A stretch of DNA of 64,000 bases, from the NCBI RefSeq assembly GCF_018977255.1, contig NW_024704743.1:88166001-88230000 (forward strand), written 5' to 3'. Both the position numbers and the translations under genes were made by a program. This document shows, one piece after another, positions 48,301-56,990 of the stretch. The notes beneath the pieces were generated by a model, which did no database searches, was not told where the DNA came from, and saw only the letters and a program-made list of their open reading frames with translations. Each line of letters opens with the position of its first letter. The first letter of the stretch is position 1. This DNA is from Callorhinchus milii (lineage: Eukaryota).

Positions 48301-51300
48301 ACGGCTTAGTGGACTGAAGGTGATTTTTTTAAAACCATTAACCCAGATGAATATGTTGATTTAATGTATAGTCTATAAAATGATGGCCTGAAAATGTAGA
48401 TTTTTTTTCTTTTTTTCAAAATATTGCAGACTATATATGAAACTGGCTGCAGGTGCAATCAGATCTCCAAAGAGTAAGATAGATTAACTCGTACAGCATG
48501 ACTATTACGTCCTGATGAAAGGTTGAGTCCAAAATGTTGACCCATCTCTTGCAGATTCTGATATACTTTGGATTTTAAGCTTTTCTGTTTCAGTCAGAAA
48601 TCTGTGTTACAACATTGCTCGCAGGTTGTGATTATGATGCACATGAAATGTTGATAGCTTCGGAATCTTGGTTAAATTCCTTGCACTGGGACATGGTTAG
48701 TGTTTTTTTCCCCCATTTGATTATCCTCCCCATCTTTCATGAAAGCATCTGTTGATTTAGGGTTATGGTTCCACAGATACAAACGACTCAAATCTCTCAG
48801 CCAAGTAACCATTGGTCACAGCTGCATTCATCTATGTGGGCATGTTTCTTGTATTTTGCTTATACTTGCCTAAAAAGGATGTATACATTTATCGAATGCA
48901 GCATTTTTGCATAAAATGAATGCTTCTAAAGTCAATAATAGCATTGAAAAATAGACAGAGTGAAACACTTCAATTATAAAAAAGGCATCACATTTAATAG
49001 GGTGTTAATTTGCACAATATTCGCCAAGTTAATGCTTAGTTTTTATTAAATATTGTATTCAATCAATGTCATTCAGTTTTTGTAAGCGGAAATGAAGATA
49101 GATAAAAGTGTTTCTGGAGGACTATGGTTTCTCTAGCTAATTTGCATCAGTTAATTTTTAATGCACGGTATTTATAAAGCGATTCCATGTTGTTTCTGGG
49201 CTAATGTATCGGACCTGATCTGCAAATTTACTGGGGATTTTATGTCTTACAGAAGAGGCTGTCAATGAAGTGAAGCGCCAGGCAATGTCAGAGTTGCAGA
49301 AAGCTGTGTCAGAAGCGGAGAGGAAGGCCCACGAAATGATCACTACCGAAAGAGCCAAGATGGAGCGCACTGTGGCAGACGCCAAGAGACAGGCTGCTGA
49401 AGATGCATTAGCCATCATTAACCAGCAGGAGGATTCCAGTGAGGTAGAATCTCCCGTTATTTCCAATTCCTGGTTAAATGCTGGAGAAAAAAAACTGTGG
49501 TTGTGCCAGAAATACTGTAGTTGGATAACAATAACAATGTGTTTCTTTTCAATTTGAATTTTCATTAGTCCTTGGCTACTATGGATGGGAATGGGATAGT
49601 TGCCATGGTCTGTGCATTTTCCAAATCATTAATGTATCTTAAGGAAAAAGTTTAGCCTTTTCTCTGTCTATAGTCCATTTTTCTGTTAAATTGAATTTGA
49701 GAGAGAGAGAGAGAGAGAGAGGAAAACCAATTGACCAAGTGTTTGAGATGAAGAATGACCCATTGTGAATGCCAATGAGTTGAAGGTAAAGACTGTCTTT
49801 TGTCAAAATGCCAAGATTTGAATAATGTTCTCATATTTTGTTTTCATGGAACGTTTTCAAAAAGATATTCAGCTAATAACTTCACAAAAAGCCCTGTGTG
49901 CAGATGGGATTATTTCCCGTTTGCCATTGTATGCATTAAAGCACCGTGTTAAATAATCCGGTGTGTGTTTGTGTGTGTGTGTGGAGCATTTTTCAGAGCA
50001 ATTTGTTGAGTAAGATCAGTCATTGCAGATGCATGTGAATTTTAATTAAAAATAACCGGGGGTGGGGGGGTGATAGAAATTTAAATAAAAATGGTACAGA
50101 TATTTTAAAAAAAACTAGTCTGTTGCTGTTTCACAGTTGATATTAGCTGACCTCGTTTAATTTAACTCTGATGTTTAATGCAAAATGAGTCCAGCTGCAG
50201 TTCAGTGTTTCTTTCCCCGAAGGACGTGACCTGAAGCACTGCAGGAGAAGTGGCACAAAATGGAAAATAATCCCTTCCAAAGTTGCCGATAACAACAGGC
50301 ATTTAAAATGGCAAGTTCAATTGAGATGCTACAATTTAAAATAAAATGTTGATAACCGCTGCTAAAATCACTCTGTCAGTAAGTGTTTTGAAGCTAGAAA
50401 GCTGAAAAGCCAGCCATCGGCATCAGCAGGGTGCCCAATAGCTGTTACAGACAGCACAGGGTCATTAGGTGCTTAGTGAAAATTAACAATTAGAGTTGTG
50501 ACTCTGCAATGTTAATGAAGGTTCCTCGTAGCTGCCACAGAATGGTTATCTTCTCCTTTACATTAGCAGTTAATGTGTAGCATATGATTCCCAAGTAGAA
50601 AGACTTTAAAATCAGCAAGCTTGCTTGCAGGAGTGAAGAAAATTGGTCCTTTATGCCTCTTGCAGCAATCTGGCCCACAATTATTCCAGCCCTATGTCTA
50701 CGCAATGTTTACATATCAATACAAGTATGGAGTCAAATAAATTCAAACCAAATGTTTTTGAAGAGATTCTTTGGATCACAAGCAGAGGCTGAGTTTTAGG
50801 AAGCTGAGATCACTTTGCTCAGCATAGAGCTTATGATGTCCGCATGGAGTGTGAGATTAAACCGTCAAGTGCTGTGCCGTGTTACAGATTTAAGATTCAA
50901 CAGACGTTGAATTTAAATCGAGATGAAATTCTGATCCCAACATGAATAGCTTTTTATACAAGAGTTGATTATAAAATCGGGTACGTAAGCTTTTTTAATA
51001 TTTTACAGTTGCCATTTTGGTAAACGATTTGCGAGCTTTACCAGTGCAAAACTCACTCCCTTCTCAATCGGGACAAGTCGGGGCCTGTGGCTCCTGGGTG
51101 GGGAAACCACTTACATGCCCTGTCCCCCCCCGGGTATCCCAGAGAACAGGAGCAACGTTCGTTTGGAGAGAGTGTTTTATTGTTGTCACTGGTGCTGAAG
51201 TCTCTGGGAGATGCTTAGACATTGTTTACTGCATTTATATTGGGGCTCCAGTGACACCCACCGACGCACCAAAACACAGGCATGTTCATTCACTCTGCAT

Positions 51301-54300
51301 CAACTGTTTTTATCCAGCGTCTTGGGACATCTTCCTGAGGTGAAAAACACTGTATGATTCTATTTGTTACTGTTGTATTGCCTCTACGCTTCTGGTGGAG
51401 ACTTCAAGCATGGGTGCATGCCTAACTATTGACTAATACAAAACTCAAGTCTAGGCTGACACTCCATTGCAGTGCTGGGGGTGCAGCATTGCTGGAGATG
51501 CTGTCCTTTGGATGAGACATTAAACCGAGGTCCCATGTTCTATTTGAAAAATGAAGGGTTTCTCCCAGTATACTGGCCAGCATTACCTCCCTCCCCCTTT
51601 TACAGTACATCGTGTGAAGAGCTTTAAGACTGATAACTCGTCACTTTAAGAGAAAAGGGCTCAGTCACAAGTTACCTGTAGTGGCGAGTTAGGCATATGT
51701 ATAAATATATGCAGCTGGGATATTGACAGCAGAATAATTTACGTGGTAGCGACAAATTAAGCCAGGTTGAGTTATCAGGAGTCTCCTGTTCATCAAACGC
51801 AAGAACTATTATTTTATCCTACTCACTGTCCAGCCTACATGGCTGGTATTATGTGAGTTGATGTCCTGCCAGGGATCTAGTGGTTGAATCATCGGCAGTG
51901 AAAGGTGGGTGGGGCACAACTTGCTTGTAGCTTCACCTTCCCATGCAAATCTAATCAATGCTTGGCATTCCTGGGAAAAGTGGAAGTCTTGTAGCTCAGT
52001 GGTTAGAGCACTCGCCTTGCAAGCGAGACACCTGGGTTCAATTCCAGGCAGGGCGAAACCTTGGGCAAGTTTCCTTACACCACATGCCTAATAATAATCC
52101 CTCCAAAAAAAAAAAAATTGGTCATTTTCAATCCACGCCTGTTTGTGGGACACTGCTGTGTGCAATTGGCTGCCACGTTTCGTCCACAAATATACGGTCA
52201 ATTCACTTTACAGCATATTCTGTGAAGCGCTTTGAGATGTCTAGAAGATGTGAAAAGTGCTATATCAAATGCAAGGATTATTATTATTAAGTGTGCATGC
52301 CGGAAATTGGCCCGGGTGCCAGGGTTTGTGGACCCCTGCTGTAGAATATAATGGAACACAAGATTATTTCCTAATAGTCTCAGCAGGAGTATTCACAAGA
52401 GGAGCTTGATTGTTGAGCATTAGACTCGGGACAATAAGCGTTAGCTTTCTCCCATCCCCAACTAAATCAATTCTCATTCCCTGCAAAGTTTTAGACATGG
52501 AAGGAAGTGCCCAGGCCCACTTACCAACTCCTCGTGTGCTGCTTACTGAAAAATGGGACCCAGGATCACAGAACTGTGCCCAGATTGTACAGATGGGGGA
52601 GAGGGACTGCAATAGTTGTTCCCAGCATTGTTGTTACACTGCAGCCTGTTCCCTCACTTTGCCATGAACCAAACCTACCTACTGATTTGTATTAATAATA
52701 ATAATCCTTGCATTGATACAGCACCTGATCACATTGTTGAGACATGTCACAGCACTTCACAGGATATACTGTATACTTCAATATCAAATGTCACCTACTA
52801 TTGGAAGTTTTTTTTAATGCACCATCCCTATGAGTTCCAGTGACATTTGGGATTATCGTGATAATTGCCAGCATGCTTACAATGGAAAATTAAAGATTGG
52901 GAAAAGTACATGATAGCAATCTTCTTACCCCCACCCCACCACCCCACCCATTTCCTGTGTCGGCCTCTCTGCCTCACCTGGTGACAATGTTAAGAATGCA
53001 CAAAGTATCCTGGAAGGTGCAATAAATACAAAGCTTTGTAGTAAAGATACCATTGTCTGCATTACAACCCTCTGGTTGCATTGCACAATAACTTCAAAAG
53101 CATGCTTTGAAAATAGGGAGTTTGGGTAACAATTGTGTTGCATTGCTTTGGAATCAACAAATCACGTACATCGTTTTACAAGAAAATAATTCAACTGACA
53201 GACCTTTCTATTATCTGTGCATCTTTTGTACGGATTTGGTGTCAGCCTGGCTCAGTTGTTAACACTGTCACCTCTGAGTCAGAAAGTTCCCCCCACATAG
53301 GGAATTTGAACTGGTAGTTCAGGCAGACACTCCAGTGCAATGTTGGGGGAGTGCTTTATTGTCAGAGGTGTCTTCCTCTGTTTGTACAGGTAGACTTTCA
53401 AGATCCTATGGCAATATTCAAAAAGCTAAGTGAGTTTCTTCCAAAGTCCTCACTGCTAATCCCCCAGACAAAATTGGTCATTCTCATCATAGCTATTTGT
53501 GGGACATTGCTGTGGCCAATTGGCTGATGCATTCACCTACAAAATGTATAGTTATTACATTTACAATAAATCCCGTGAAGCACTTTAAAACTAGGAAAGA
53601 TGTTTTATTAAGTGCAAGGATTCTTATATTATTGTGGCATGGGAAGAGTGAAGATCCACCTGAAGAGGCAGACAGGTCCTTGATTTAAATGTGCATCTGA
53701 AGGACTGACCATCCAACAATGCAGTGCTTCCCATTTAAAGTGGAAGCTTAACCTACAAGCTCAAAAATTCTAACGGGGGCTTGTTCCCAGCTATCAACTG
53801 AGCCAGGCTGACATCTGAATACATTTAGGAGAGCTTGGGAGGGGGAAAAATCATCAAGTCCAAAATAAAATTGAAACTACATACTATGATAATAGAACTC
53901 TTGTTTTGCCACGTGTATCATATTTCAACTAGTGCTTAGCTCTTTAACCTAGTTTCATTTTGTTTTTATTTTGTGCCAAAGTCTTTAATAATCTTGCAGA
54001 ATCACAGTATTGCACATTGCAAGTTCCATTAAGTAGCTAAATTTAATGAAACCTCTTTTCAAAGAATTTTGCTCTCTCCCGGGATATATTTCTCTCATAC
54101 TAGCCTCTCTCACCTCGCTGATATTTCTACCCTTCACTAACTTCCAACTCATCCAGAACTCCATGGCCGAGTCCTGTCCACATGTCCATTACTCCTGTTG
54201 TTTCCAAGCTCCAGTGACTCTCTGTCCTTTAGTGGATCAAGTTCAAGATCTTTAATTTTGAAATCTCTCCATGCCCTTGTTCCATTCCACCTGTCCAATC

Positions 54301-56990
54301 TTCCGCATTGTCCTGTCTGAGCTGTCTACTATTCTGAATAGGTTACTGCTTGTATTCCATTCCCTCCTTTTCACCATTAGAGGCTGAGTTTGCAGCCACT
54401 ATATCCCTCTGAAACTCATAGCTACCTCTTTCATTGCTTCCAAAAATTACCTAAAGACCTTAGAGCAGGCCTTGAGGCAACTCTAAATTGTTCCCACATC
54501 TTGCTCAGTGTCCAATGATTCCTACTCTTGAGGGTATTGACGTATTAGTTTTCAGTAAATGCTGCTATATAACTGCAAGTTGTTGTAATCGGAGCTAAGA
54601 AGCTGCTTCAGAGTTCCGTTTACATTAAAAATGAATTTTCAGCTGATCTCAAGGAAATTGACATAGTAAAAATCACTGTTCTTTACTCCCAATCTGAGAA
54701 AAAATAAAACCACTTATCTGCTGTTGCAGGTTTAAGTCTCGCTGCTAAGCGACGTGATTCAACTCCAGCTGGTGTAAAAGGTTTGATTCAAATCCCTGGT
54801 TGCTTTCTACCCCACGAAAAATGTGCAGCAGTGCATTTGCCAGATGCTAATTTTATGCCATCCAGTGAACAAAACAGGCGTAGAGCCAGTTTGGGTCAAC
54901 TTGCTCATGACTGAATGTGATCTACCAGTGTAAACTATGGGATGGGGTTCTTTTCCTGCACATTGAGTGACTGACTCTTAATGTTTAAGAAAATACACAT
55001 GAAATTCTGCATTTTTGAATATTCTTGGCATGGAGGAAGATTGATACCACCTCAGACCTTGTTTGCCCTGAACAGTTCCAATCCTGATTTCAAATTGAGC
55101 ACCGCTGAATTCCCATTTACTTTTCTGGATGTACTTAAATTCCAGTATTTAAAGGGTTACTATAATCGGATCATCCTGCGTTAATAGTTTTACCATGCAT
55201 CTGCATTTAATCTGACAGAAACTGATATGGTGGCAATTAATTCAAGTATTCACTGAGTGCGAGACTGCCATCATCATTGCATTTTAAGAGCGTGTGCACA
55301 AGACTGTGTCTAAAACAGATAGCTTGCCTTGCAGAATTAGCCAGAGATGTTCAAGTATTGAAATAAATGGAAAACGGAGGTTTTGTGACTAGTCAACTGG
55401 CCATATAATTCCAATATGTCAATTAATATTGTTCTCGTGCAGACGACTTGTAACCTTAATTTTTTTTTAAAAAAACATTATTTTCAGCTCCTCAGCAGTC
55501 ATATTAGTATTTTGTTCACATAAAATACCAGCAATTCTCCATCTCCTCCAACAATGAACAACAAAACACTGCTGTGAAATGGATAGTGTTACTATTTCAA
55601 GGCGTTTGTTTCAGGCCCCTTGATCTGAAATGTAGTCAGCTTTGTTCTGAAATGATAAGTTTTCTGCAGTGCTACAAAACAGTAACTTGCACGTATGGAG
55701 AATCCTTGAACCACTTTATAAAAATGATGGGAATCACTAAGCAGAGTAGAATGTAGGGGAGAGTTGAGGGTACTGATGAGGGGCATGGTCAAAGAGGGTT
55801 TGTTGAGAGAGGAATTTTCCTTTTATAAGGCTAAAGCAGACCTCATAAAAAACAGTTAAGTGGCCTGGGTCATGTAAGGTGCATGGGATCTGTTATCATT
55901 AGGTGTACAGTAGTTGCATTTTATCTCCAGGCTGGCTCTGCCTCAATGAATGTACTCTGCTTGTCATTGCGTATACCTACGTGATTGAACCTTCAGTAAA
56001 ACAGTTTCCACAGGAATACAGTGAACGTTTTAGTGATACCACTTACTGAAACACCACAATCAAAACAAAAAGCGTTGTCCTTTTCCAGTTAGTTAGGTAA
56101 TCTATGCTTGTATTTACTGGTGAGGAAATCTTTTTTGTTAAACTGTGTTTGTGAATTACAATTCCCAGAATGCCTGATTTATTTGAGGTGTCATCCTATG
56201 AAATCTTATGAATACAAGATAACTTCCTATGAAAGTTAACTCTGAAGCGGCCAGCATCACTCGGAGTGTTTTGAACAGATTGTATTTTAGGTTTTAAAGG
56301 CGCATGTTTTTCCCACCCCCCCGCCCCCCCCTCGTGTGCAATTAAACACAACTTGACAGTCATTTCATGGCTATTTGTGAGAGATTGCTCTGTGTAAATT
56401 GGCTGCCGCATTCACCTGAAAACTTCGCAGTCACTACACTTTGCCATAAATCTTGTGAGTTGCTTTGAGATGTCCTCCTGATAAGAAACATTTCACACCA
56501 CATGCAGGGATTATTATTGATTATTATTAGCAATATTTATTATTTGTACAGTGCTATAAGTTATCAAACTACCGGAACACTGGCTTTTGCTGCTTAAGTA
56601 CAGAGTGGCATGTTTTCCAATGTACATGCAGTTACCCATTGTATACTTTTTTTCTGTGTATTTGAGACATTGCTTGACAACATACTTATGTTGGGTTTTT
56701 CTTGCTCCCCACAGAGTTGCTGGAACTGCGGGCGCAAGGCCAGCGAGACCTGCAGTGGCTGCAACACAGCAAGATACTGTGGTTCATTTTGCCAGCACAA
56801 GGACTGGGAAAAGCATCACCATGTGTGCGGACAGACCCTCCAGGCACAGCAACAAGGTGAGGTGGCCACAGCCAGCTCGTCCACAACACCCAGCAGTGGG
56901 GCAGGGAGCCCAGTGGACACACCACCAACAACCACCTCCAGGTCAACCACCCCGGCCACTCCGTCTACTATAGAAACGACCCCACGTTAG
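2984..56990 (+). CDS. RUNX1T1: RUNX1T1 (ETO/MTG8) transcriptional corepressor, spliced CDS span: join(2984-3011,31464-31601,32335-32576,37650-37739,42314-42495,43156-43406,43777-43862,44316-44514,45253-45318,49253-49443,56715-56990), 582 aa
   Basis: Exons read by hand join in one frame (1749 nt including TAG) with AG/GT boundaries. The peptides [30 protein letters not shown], the NHR1-4 domains and the C-terminal IETTPR match RUNX1T1 better than the paralogues CBFA2T2/CBFA2T3. Confidence 0.96.
3323..3359. repeat. (TA)n microsatellite
   Basis: Directly visible. Confidence 0.9.
5565..6185 (+). mobile_element. Decayed CR1-clade LINE 3' fragment
   Basis: CR1 ORF2-end motifs (ttggttaggccaca, gagggtgcaaaga, agaaggttgggagaagatctgatagag) and tail gagccgaatggctttcttctgtgctg. 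Confidence 0.75.
11400..11800 (+). mobile_element. Decayed CR1 LINE reverse-transcriptase fragment
   Basis: Remnants of WIENWL, GIP-GSVLG, DDIKL and W-MDFNVDK motifs with stops and frameshifts. Confidence 0.75.
13292..13497 (+). mobile_element. tRNA-derived SINE (SacSINE1-like), 5' half
   Basis: B-box-like gtgggttcaagctcc and taggctgatgctcc...ctgttcaggtggatgttaaa shared with the copies at 46503 and 61376. Confidence 0.75.
13834..14234 (-). mobile_element. SacSINE1-like SINE, near full length
   Basis: Reverse complement of the family head (gtcagtctggctcagttgatagcactc) and tail (ctatatcaaatgcaaggattat). Confidence 0.85.
20360..20640 (-). mobile_element. SacSINE1-like SINE fragment
   Basis: ggcagctaatttgcacccagcaatgccccac (Deu-like domain) and catgggatcttttacatccac. 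Confidence 0.75.
22028..22034 (+). CDS. RUNX1T1: RUNX1T1 alternative start exon, coding part ATG CCA G (MTG8a-type N-terminus MPDRTEK); exon may start at the acceptor at 21941
   Basis: gtaATGCCAG|GTGAGT consensus donor. Splicing to 31464 gives [11 protein letters not shown], the MTG8a N-terminus (575 aa here). Upstream acceptor ttttctcctcattccag ends at 21940. Confidence 0.85.
28065..28195 (-). mobile_element. CR1-type LINE/SINE 3' tail
   Basis: acatagaaacaggaggaggccattcagccccttgagc...gatcatggctgatc, similar to 29837. Confidence 0.75.
29255..29815 (-). mobile_element. L2-clade LINE 3' fragment
   Basis: Minus-strand ORF contains [18 protein letters not shown]...KCLH...PYLRDL, the typical L2 ORF2 C-terminus. 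Confidence 0.8.
29837..30480 (-). mobile_element. CR1 LINE 3' tail and decayed ORF2 remnants
   Basis: aagaacataagaattaggagcaggagtaggccattcggcccctcgagcc tail, plus aatattccaaatgtggcc and aatccatctgccac remnants. Confidence 0.7.
30531..30598. repeat. Compound (TG)n/(TA)n microsatellite
   Basis: Directly visible. Confidence 0.9.
31464..31601 (+). CDS. RUNX1T1: RUNX1T1 first common coding exon ([46 protein letters not shown]), 138 nt
   Basis: Acceptor ctttgtgtccctcacag, donor T|gtaatt, internal ATG at 31487. Not listed in the supplied ORF track. Confidence 0.95.
32335..32576 (+). CDS. RUNX1T1: RUNX1T1 exon, start of NHR1/TAFH (LTNGSSHSP...[40 protein letters not shown]), 242 nt
   Basis: ORF 32292-32591; acceptor ccctgttcag, donor GTG|gtaagt. 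Confidence 0.97.
34800..35160 (-). mobile_element. SacSINE1-like SINE, decayed
   Basis: ctcacagcaaggtcccacaaac and gggatctttaacatccac family motifs. Confidence 0.75.
37650..37739 (+). CDS. RUNX1T1: RUNX1T1 exon, NHR1/TAFH ([30 protein letters not shown]), 90 nt
   Basis: Hand translation; acceptor gttttacag, donor AAG|gtattt; phase 0-0. Confidence 0.97.
40826..41140 (-). mobile_element. Young full-length tRNA(Ala-TGC-like)-headed SINE with Deu-like domain and (ATT)n tail
   Basis: Reverse complement is roughly 90% similar by eye to 51986-52290; A and B boxes intact. Confidence 0.9.
41301..41620 (+). mobile_element. Older, longer variant of the same tRNA-headed SINE
   Basis: cagtggataaagcactcgcc...cagggcgaaatgttgggcaagtttccttactccaca head, an extra internal segment, then the Deu-like domain. 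Confidence 0.85.
42314..42495 (+). CDS. RUNX1T1: RUNX1T1 exon, end of NHR1 and basic NLS-like segment ([34 protein letters not shown]...GKRRTPD), 182 nt
   Basis: ORF 42296-42499; acceptor ttcttctcgcag, donor CAG|gtgaga. Confidence 0.97.
43156..43406 (+). CDS. RUNX1T1: RUNX1T1 exon ([25 protein letters not shown]...[21 protein letters not shown]), 251 nt
   Basis: ORF 43187-43510; acceptor cacgtgtag, donor TCG|gtaagt. Confidence 0.96.
43777..43862 (+). CDS. RUNX1T1: RUNX1T1 exon, start of NHR2 ([29 protein letters not shown]), 86 nt
   Basis: Hand translation; acceptor cctgttggcag, donor CAT|gtaaga. Confidence 0.97.
44316..44514 (+). CDS. RUNX1T1: RUNX1T1 exon, NHR2 oligomerisation domain ([39 protein letters not shown]...DPVQL), 199 nt
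   Basis: ORF 44301-44528; acceptor ttcatttcag, donor TAG|gtactg. Confidence 0.97.
45253..45318 (+). CDS. RUNX1T1: RUNX1T1 exon ([22 protein letters not shown]), 66 nt
   Basis: Acceptor ctttttttccag, donor CCG|gtaaat; phase 1-1. Confidence 0.95.
46503..46935 (+). mobile_element. SacSINE1-like SINE, full length
   Basis: cagtctggctcagtaggtagc head through gctatatcaaatgcaag tail. Confidence 0.85.
47158..47905 (-). mobile_element. SacSINE1-like SINE split by a nested insertion
   Basis: Tail at 47158, head at 47905; the family sequence resumes in register after 47755. Confidence 0.85.
47424..47748 (-). mobile_element. Nested 5'-truncated L2-like retroposon 3' end with (GTT)n tail
   Basis: (AAC)n plus tatttatagagcacctttcacg tail, similar to 63090 and 63963; flanked by a TTTAACA direct repeat. 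Confidence 0.7.
49253..49443 (+). CDS. RUNX1T1: RUNX1T1 exon, NHR3 ([64 protein letters not shown]), 191 nt
   Basis: ORF 49270-49557; acceptor tcttacag, donor GAG|gtagaa. Confidence 0.97.
51425..51630 (+). mobile_element. SacSINE1-like SINE fragment
   Basis: ctaggctgacactccattgcagtgctg...gatgagacattaaaccgagg. Confidence 0.75.
51986..52290 (+). mobile_element. Young full-length tRNA(Ala-TGC-like)-headed SINE with Deu-like domain and (ATT)n tail
   Basis: A box TAGCTCAGTGG, stem-loop CTCGC-CTTGCAA-GCGAG, B box GGTTCAATTCC, then gtgggacactgctgtgtgcaattggctgcc and a LINE-like tail. Confidence 0.9.
53238..53630 (+). mobile_element. SacSINE1-like SINE
   Basis: gtcagcctggctcagttg head, Deu-like domain, tail. 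Confidence 0.8.
53632..53813 (-). mobile_element. SacSINE1-like SINE 5' half, inverted and abutting the previous copy
   Basis: ctatcaactgagccaggctgaca is the reverse complement of the family head. Confidence 0.75.
54085..54590 (+). mobile_element. Decayed L2-like LINE 3' fragment
   Basis: cttccaactcatccagaactcc, tcaagttcaagatc and tail gctatataactgcaagttgttg. Confidence 0.6.
56715..56990 (+). CDS. RUNX1T1: RUNX1T1 last coding exon, NHR4/MYND zinc finger ([38 protein letters not shown]...IETTPR*)
   Basis: ORF 56610-56990; acceptor ttgctccccacag; TAG at 56988-56990. Confidence 0.98.
   Translation, partial: SCWNCGRKASETCSGCNTARYCGSFCQHKDWEKHHHVCGQTLQAQQQGEVATASSSTTPSSGAGSPVDTPPTTTSRSTTPATPSTIETTPR

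Noticed and set aside
49158..49565. Antisense ORFs over coding exons (also 42232-42573 and 56686-56946)
   Set aside because: Shadow ORFs expected opposite real exons; no independent gene structure.
51986..52060. tRNA-Ala(TGC) gene (also the reverse copy at 41065-41140)
   Set aside because: It runs directly into a dispersed repeat body and tail with no Pol III terminator after the tRNA-like part; it is a SINE head.
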